From positions 2,208,001 to 2,272,000 of the forward strand of contig OY843592.1 in assembly GCA_963692865.2 (NCBI GenBank): a stretch of 64,000 nucleotides of DNA. The letters run 5' to 3'. Below, one piece after another: positions 58,241 through 64,000 of this stretch. Below the pieces are notes generated by a model. The model had not been told where the DNA came from. It did no database searches and saw nothing but the letters and a program-made list of their open reading frames with translations. Within the stretch, counting starts at the first letter, position 1; the number at the start of each line of letters is the position of its first letter. The position numbers and the translations under genes are program-made. This stretch comes from a bacterium. Lineage in GTDB: Bacteria; UBA8248.

Positions 58241-59791
58241 ATGACGGAAAAAACCGCCGCTTGCGTCGAGATGCACGGCGTCAGCAAGTCTTTCGGGCAG
58301 GTCCGCGCCTTGGACGCGGTCGACTTCGAGGCCGCCAAGGGGGAGATCCACGCCCTCCTGGGGGAGAACGGCGCGGGCAAGACCACGCTCATGAACATCC
58401 TGAGCGGCCTCTACCGCATGGACGAGGGGCGAATCGCGGTCGAGGGGCGCGAGGTGGATATCCACTCCCCGCAGGATGCCATCGCGGTCGGCGTCGGGAT
58501 GGTGCACCAGCACGTGGAGTTGATCGGCAACTTCACCGCGCTCGAGAACATCCTGCTCGGCCGGGAGGGCTCGCGCTGGAAGCTCGACGTCGAGGCCCGG
58601 CGAAGTTCCGTGGAGGAGCTTGCGGCGAATTACGGCCTCTCCATCCCTCTGGACGAGCAGGTGAAGACCCTGCCTGCCGGGATTCAGCAGAAAGTCGAAA
58701 TCCTGAAGGCGCTATATCACGGCGCGGACATCCTGATTCTCGATGAGCCGACGACCATGCTCACCCCCCACGAGGTGGACGGGCTGTTCTCGATCCTCAA
58801 GTCCTTCGCCAAGGGGGGGCTGACGGTCGTCTTCATCACGCACAAGATACAGGAGGTCCTGGACAACTGCGACAGGATCACCGTGTTCCGCGGCGGGCGG
58901 AAGATCGACACCATCCTCCGCGATGAAGCCACCCGCGAGCGGCTGGTCCAGATGATGATGGGCGAGCGCGGCATGCCGCCAGAGGGCGAGCGGCCGGCCG
59001 GACCCTCGGCGGCCCGGGAGGGGGGGGCCGCTCTTTCCGTCCGGGGAGTGCGCACCTCGGCGAAGTGGGGGGTTCCTCTCAGGGACGTCGCCTTCGACGT
59101 CCCCCGGGGGCTCATCGTCGGCATGGCGGGCATCTCGGGAAACGGACAGAAGGAACTGGCGGAAGCCCTGGCCGGAATCATCGAAGTCGAAGCGGGCGAG
59201 GTCCACATAGACGGCGAGGAGGTATCCAGCCTTTCGGTGGCCGGGCGCATCTCGCGGGGAATGAGCCTCCTGCCGCAGGACAGGATAGAGGAGGGGATTC
59301 TGCCGGGGCTGAGCCTGGCCGAGAACTTCGTGCTGGGCCTCCACCCGCACATCTTCAAGCGTCGAGGAATTTTCGAGCGCGAGGCCGCCTTTGAACTCGG
59401 CAGAAACGCGATTGCGGAATTCAACATCCTGGCGAGGAACGAGCACGCGCCCGCGGCGCATCTATCGGGCGGAAACATCCAGAAGACCATCGTGGCGCGC
59501 TCGGTCATGCTCGCCCACAAGACGGGCGGGAAGGTGATGATCGCCAACAACCCCACGCGGGGGCTCGACGTCATGGCCGCCTCGTTCGTGCACGGCCGCC
59601 TGAGCGAGCTTCGCGCGGGCGGCGCGGGCGTCCTGCTGATATCCGAAGACCTGGACGAGCTCTGCCTGATGAGCGACCGCATCGTCGTGATCTATGCGGG
59701 GGAGATTCTGGGCGCCTTCGACGGCCCCGAGTACGACATCTACCAGATAGGCGCCTTGATGGCGGGCCAGAAAAAGGGGGCGGGTTCTTAA
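58241..59791 (+). CDS. ABC transporter ATP-binding protein (two domains)
   Basis: GENGAGKT, ILDEPT, LSGGNIQK, PTRGLD, ISEDLDE. Confidence 0.93.
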   Translation: MTEKTAACVEMHGVSKSFGQVRALDAVDFEAAKGEIHALLGENGAGKTTLMNILSGLYRMDEGRIAVEGREVDIHSPQDAIAVGVGMVHQHVELIGNFTALENILLGREGSRWKLDVEARRSSVEELAANYGLSIPLDEQVKTLPAGIQQKVEILKALYHGADILILDEPTTMLTPHEVDGLFSILKSFAKGGLTVVFITHKIQEVLDNCDRITVFRGGRKIDTILRDEATRERLVQMMMGERGMPPEGERPAGPSAAREGGAALSVRGVRTSAKWGVPLRDVAFDVPRGLIVGMAGISGNGQKELAEALAGIIEVEAGEVHIDGEEVSSLSVAGRISRGMSLLPQDRIEEGILPGLSLAENFVLGLHPHIFKRRGIFEREAAFELGRNAIAEFNILARNEHAPAAHLSGGNIQKTIVARSVMLAHKTGGKVMIANNPTRGLDVMAASFVHGRLSELRAGGAGVLLISEDLDELCLMSDRIVVIYAGEILGAFDGPEYDIYQIGALMAGQKKGAGS

Positions 59792-59792
59792 G

Positions 59793-60869
59793 ATGGCTGG
59801 TTCGGGCGCGGCGGGTTTGGCCGAGAAGAAAAAAATAGTCCTCGACTTCGCGGTCACCTACGCGGCGGCGGGCGCGCTGGCGCTGGCGTGCGGGGCCGTC
59901 TTCATCGTCGCCTTCGGAGGCGACGTGCTCGTGGCGCTCGGCACGGTGCTGCGCTCCTCGCTCGGCACGTGGGGCGGGTTCGCGCAGACGCTCAACAAGT
60001 TCTGCCCGCTCCTGCTCGCCTCGCTCGCGGTGGCCTTCGGGATGCGCGGCGGCCACTTCAACATCGGCGTGGACGGGCAGATATACGCGGGCGCGATCGG
60101 CATGACGGGCACGGCCTTCGCGCTTGAGGGCATGAACCTCCCCTGGCCGATCTTCGTCCCGCTGGGACTGCTGGGCGGCGTTCTGGGCGGGTGGTTCTGG
60201 GGCTTCATTCCGGGGATCCTGCGCGTGCGCTTCCAGGTGAGCGAGATTTTCGTGACGGTGATGCTGAACTTCGTGGCGCTCTATCTGGTGGACTACCTCG
60301 CGAACGGCCCCTGGAACGACCCGCTGGCGGGAGAGGCCATCTCGCTCCCGATCCCAGACGCCTCGGTCCTCCCCCAGGTGATGCCGAAGGCGGGCGCGCA
60401 CGCGGGCTTCATCATCGCGCTGGCCGCCGCCGTGGGGATGTACTTCTTCATGACGCGCACCATCGCGGGCTACGAGATCCGCGCGGTGGGCGACAACCCC
60501 CGGGCCGCGCGCTTCGGCGGCATCAACGTCGCGCGCGTCACGCTCATCATCATGCCGACCTGCGGCGCGCTTTCGGGACTGGCGGGCGCGCTCGAGGTCT
60601 CGGGCTTCCACCAGAGCCTGCTGCTCGGCATCAGCGGGGCGGAGGGCGCGCCCAACTACGGCGCGATGGCCATCCTCATCGCCGTCATCGGGCGTAACAA
60701 CCCCCTGGGCGTCACGATAGCGGCCGCGGTGTTCGCGGTGCTGGTGTCGGGTTCGGATTCGCTCCAGAGGAGCATCGGCCTGCCGGGGGCCGCCGTGTTC
60801 GTCTTCCAGGCCATCATCGTGCTCACGGTGGTGTTCGTGCAGGCGCGGCGCGAAATCAGGGCGGGGTAG
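59793..60869 (+). CDS. ABC transporter permease (nucleoside/BMP type)
   Basis: FNIGVDGQ, SEI..T.MLN, GYEIRAVGDNPRAARFGGI. Confidence 0.9.
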   Translation: MAGSGAAGLAEKKKIVLDFAVTYAAAGALALACGAVFIVAFGGDVLVALGTVLRSSLGTWGGFAQTLNKFCPLLLASLAVAFGMRGGHFNIGVDGQIYAGAIGMTGTAFALEGMNLPWPIFVPLGLLGGVLGGWFWGFIPGILRVRFQVSEIFVTVMLNFVALYLVDYLANGPWNDPLAGEAISLPIPDASVLPQVMPKAGAHAGFIIALAAAVGMYFFMTRTIAGYEIRAVGDNPRAARFGGINVARVTLIIMPTCGALSGLAGALEVSGFHQSLLLGISGAEGAPNYGAMAILIAVIGRNNPLGVTIAAAVFAVLVSGSDSLQRSIGLPGAAVFVFQAIIVLTVVFVQARREIRAG

Positions 60870-60879
60870 GGGGGTTGGT

Positions 60880-61590
60880 TCTGTAGGGACAGGCCTCCGT
60901 GCCTGTCCTGATGAAGTCCCCCGCCCCGATGAAGACAAAGGACAACCACGGAGGGTTGTCCCTACGGGGTCGGTGGCCGGAATGACGAGGTGGGCGGACA
61001 CGCAGGTCCGCCCCTACAACCCCATCGCGTTTTGCGTAGGGGAGGACCCATGTGTCCTCCCAGCGCGCGCATTCATGACCCACCGCGGCATCTGCCCGAA
61101 ACGAAAATCGGGCGGACACGCAGGTCCGCCCCTACCATATCATCGTCCACGCCAATCGGGTTTCACCACCGCCGTCATTCCGGCGAATGCCGGAATCCAG
61201 AGCCGATGAGAAGGCCAAATTAAGGCGTTCCATTTCCTCGTTCATTCGCCCGGAACGACGGCCAAAAAACGAAAAAACAAAGTCCCTGGATTCCGGCATT
61301 CGCCGGAATGACGATCCAAACCAGATCGGACAGGTCGCGACCTGTCTGTGGTGCCGGCGCCTTTGCAGGGGACGCATACATGCGTCCCACATGCCACGAA
61401 CCGGTCGGGTCGCATATATGTAGCGCTCCCGAGAAGGGAGCGCTACATACAGAAAACCTGGACCGCCGTAGGGACAGGCCCCTGCGCCTGTCCGGGCGAA
61501 GGACAACCACGGGGGCAGGGCGGACACATGGGTCCGCCCCTACAACCCCATCGCGTTTTGCGTAGGGGAGGACCCATGTGTCCGCCCGCA
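60880..61590. repeat. Mosaic palindromic repeat cluster with internal 53-bp direct repeat
   Basis: 61005-61057 = 61531-61583; central GTCATTCCGGC hairpin element 61173-61313. Confidence 0.88.
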
Positions 61591-61593
61591 TCC

Positions 61594-62697
61594 CTACGCC
61601 GCCCGGACGACCACCGCGACGGGTCCGCCGCCGGGAGGCCCCTGGTGCTCGGCCCCGCCGGAGACGTAGGTCATCGGCTCGCCCACGACGGAGGAGACCA
61701 CGGCGTTCACGACCGCGCGCGCGTGGCGCGTGTTGTTGATGTCCGAGTCATCGAGCATGGTGTGCCTGCGCCCGCGCACGAGGCCGTCGGGTGAGGCCTC
61801 GCACTTGGCGAAGACGTTGACGATCCTCGCGCGCTGCTCATTTGTGAGCGACCAGTCGAACCCGACGCCCGCGTTCACTAATGCCGAGCGCACCGCGTCG
61901 CGGTCGATGGCGTCCTGCATGACGCTGTGGCCGACCACCAGGTCCCCGCCCCAGGCCGCGCTGTTTCCGATTATCATCACCTCGTTGCACATGAGCTCTA
62001 TCCCCGCCGAAGTCGAGGCGACGCCGGATTGCAAAGACCAGTCCCTGCAGACCACCTCGTCGCTCAGTTGGCTCTCATCCAACTCGCCCGCCGCGAGCGC
62101 CACGCCGAGCGCGGATGCGCCGCGCGAGTAGCCCATGGATTTATACGTGTCCTCCGTGCAGACGCTCTTCCCGCGCGCTAAAGCCTCCGCCATGCGATCG
62201 CCCGTCAGGAGGGGGCACTTCACCTGTACGAAATGGAGGTCTTCCGCGCTCTCTATCTGCGCTTCCGCCATCAGCCGACGCACGAGGTCCGCCGTCGCGT
62301 GGACCTGCGCCATACGGCCCATTTCCTCGGGCAGAAAATCCGCGGTGTGGCCGGATGCGATGGCGAGGCGCTTCGCGCTCCCGTCGCCGCTTCCGCTATC
62401 GGACTTCGTGAACACCGAGAAGTGCGGACACATGACTCCTTCCGTTCCGCCGGACATGATGAGGGCGATCTGCGCCTCCACCTCCTCGCGTGGTTTTCCC
62501 ATCGTTCTTGAAAAATAATCGAGCAGGACGAAGTTGCTGAACCCGCGCGAAAAATCGTTCACGCAGCCGTTGCCCTCGGTCTTGCCCATGATTCCGACGA
62601 TCTCTTCGGGCCGGCATTTGCCGTCTTCGATGAGAGCGGCCACGCCGGAGATGTCGTCGGGCGAGTCCATCGCCACGCGGAACAAGTCGGCCTGCAT
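61594..62697 (-). CDS. atzD: Cyanuric acid hydrolase / barbiturase family ring-opening amidohydrolase
   Basis: GKTEGNGCVNDF.R, MSGGTEG, VQVKCPLLT, SRGASALG, STSAG, YVSGGAEHQGP.GGGP; SRGAS is cyanuric acid hydrolase-like. Confidence 0.85.
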   Translation of the reverse strand: MQADLFRVAMDSPDDISGVAALIEDGKCRPEEIVGIMGKTEGNGCVNDFSRGFSNFVLLDYFSRTMGKPREEVEAQIALIMSGGTEGVMCPHFSVFTKSDSGSGDGSAKRLAIASGHTADFLPEEMGRMAQVHATADLVRRLMAEAQIESAEDLHFVQVKCPLLTGDRMAEALARGKSVCTEDTYKSMGYSRGASALGVALAAGELDESQLSDEVVCRDWSLQSGVASTSAGIELMCNEVMIIGNSAAWGGDLVVGHSVMQDAIDRDAVRSALVNAGVGFDWSLTNEQRARIVNVFAKCEASPDGLVRGRRHTMLDDSDINNTRHARAVVNAVVSSVVGEPMTYVSGGAEHQGPPGGGPVAVVVRAA

Positions 62698-63008
62698 CTT
62701 GCGTCCCCCTTTTGCGTAAGGCGCGCCCACGCGCGCTGGTGGAAACCGGAATTGTTTATGGAAAAAAAACGTAGCACCCAATCCTAAGCCTGTCCAAAGG
62801 GGGGCGCTATAGAAGCAGGGAAGGGAGTGTTTTCCGACCTTCGGGATTGCTCTCCGTCATTCCGGCTTTCGCCGGAATGACGAACAAGGGCGTAGAGGAA
62901 AAACAAATAGAGCCCGCAGCCCCTCTTGCCTCGACTGGAAAACCAACCCTCCTGTTCCCCCTCCTCAGGGGGTAACGGCGATACTCCCGACAAAGGCTTT
63001 ACCAACAA

Positions 63009-63046
63009 CCCCCCACTCGCGTTTGACGAGGGGGGGCTTCTTTTTT
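63009..63046 (+). terminator. Intrinsic terminator-like hairpin
   Basis: CCCCCC..CTCG...CGAGGGGGGG followed by CTTCTTTTTT. Confidence 0.35.
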
Positions 63047-63100
63047 ACAGTAGTGAGCATACGCGAGGATTCCAATCGACCCGACTCCGGGGAGATGCGC

Positions 63101-63379
63101 ATGACGACGTACGAATACCTCAACCTCATCGCTTCCTACGGCGGCCTCGCGCTCATCTACTACGGCATCCGCGAGATGGCCAGGGGGGCCGACAGGCGCT
63201 CCGCCGACTCCGAACGCAAGCACGCCGAGGCGATGGCGGAATCCCGCCGCAGGAAGGGAGATGGCATCCGTAAACACGAAGAAGCGATGCGCAAGCATGA
63301 CAAGGAGATGGCCGACTCCGAGCGCAGGCACGAGGAGTCTATGGCGGCCCTGCGCGCGCTCATCGAGCGAACCGGCTGA
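63101..63379 (+). CDS. Small membrane-anchored protein with R[KR]H.{3}M repeats
   Basis: GGGGAG RBS, N-terminal hydrophobic stretch, charged repetitive helix. Confidence 0.6.
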   Translation: MTTYEYLNLIASYGGLALIYYGIREMARGADRRSADSERKHAEAMAESRRRKGDGIRKHEEAMRKHDKEMADSERRHEESMAALRALIERTG

Positions 63380-63394
63380 TCGAAACCGACCGAG

Positions 63395-63595
63395 ACGGGG
63401 TTGTTGAAAAAATTCGTATGTGATCCTTGCACACCGCCAACGCCTCTTTCCTCACCCTGAGCAGCCGCCGGAGGTAAAACGCGACTGAGAAAGGAGCGTT
63501 TGTATCGAAGGGCGCTCCCTCGATACGGCGCGCAAGCGCGTCTACTCGGGATGAGGGGGTAAATTCCGCCCGAGGATGACTTTTTCAGCAACCTC
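63395..63595. mobile_element. TIR-bounded MITE-like shell with CCCTGAGCAGC...TATCGAAGG cargo
   Basis: GGGGTTGTTGAAAAA (63397) ... TTTTTCAGCAACCTC (~63595). Confidence 0.6.
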
Positions 63596-63655
63596 GTTAT
63601 GATGGCGTATTCGTTCAGGTGATGTTGCCGAGACTTTTTCCGGGAGAAGACGCGG

Positions 63656-64000
63656 ATGCCGATTGAACTGAAGGACGTTTGGGATTTTCATACCGATCTG
63701 CGCTTTCTGGCGGATTTGTCCGGTGAGAACGCCTACATTTTAGAGCAGATAGACATCCCCACGGCGGCGAAGCTGGGCGGGGTTTTCTCGGCCCTGGGCA
63801 GACTGGCGGGTGCCTCGCAGAAGGTGCAAATCACGGCGCTCGAACGCGACTTGAGACTGGTTCGGGAATCAGAGGGTCTCGACGCCGTCCTCACCCGGAA
63901 GGACCTGGAAGGGGCGGGGAAGCAGGTGATCCACGCGGAAGGCGTCTATTTCATTGAGACGGAAGGCGACTTCAAAGGCCTCGAATGGCTCTGGGAGGAG
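63656..64000 (+). CDS. Membrane dipeptidase (peptidase M19)-like protein, runs off window end
   Basis: My translation MPIELKDVWDFHTDL...KLGGVFS...IHAEG shows the DxHxD and EG motifs; open to 64000; absent from ORF track. Confidence 0.65.
   Translation, partial: MPIELKDVWDFHTDLRFLADLSGENAYILEQIDIPTAAKLGGVFSALGRLAGASQKVQITALERDLRLVRESEGLDAVLTRKDLEGAGKQVIHAEGVYFIETEGDFKGLEWLWEE

Overview
GC-rich bacterial chromosomal segment with about 50 protein-coding genes, mostly catabolic or transport. No rRNA, tRNA, CRISPR array or intact transposase was seen. Gene content suggests a marine, possibly host-associated heterotroph (weak inference). Main blocks: (1) a ~5 kb defence island (4.5-9.6 kb) with a Dam-like MTase, NotI-family endonuclease, DUF3696 ABC-ATPase, PIN nuclease and NucS-like/DUF4268 protein, arranged as two tandem cassettes that share a duplicated promoter and a DUF4268 3' end; (2) a doubled operon of 2 MBL hydrolases and 2 acyl-CoA synthetases, followed by 2 TauE exporters; (3) a divergent GcvT-family demethylase / dimethylglycine dehydrogenase-like pair; (4) two secreted proteases (S8 lipoprotein with PT repeats; Sel1/TPR-trypsin); (5) TAXI-TRAP, VOC, hydroxyacid dehydrogenase, citrate synthase, aconitase and PrpF; (6) cyclase, FdrA/YahF, DUF1116/YahG, a BMP-type ABC transporter and a cyanuric acid hydrolase-family gene. 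Most long intergenic regions are mosaics of several palindromic repeat families. They include MITE-like shells (GGGGYTGTTGAAAAA...TTTTTCAACARCCCC) inserted at TTGAG/CTCAA of a hairpin repeat with a 5-bp duplication. All family calls come from motifs read by eye; no database search was run.
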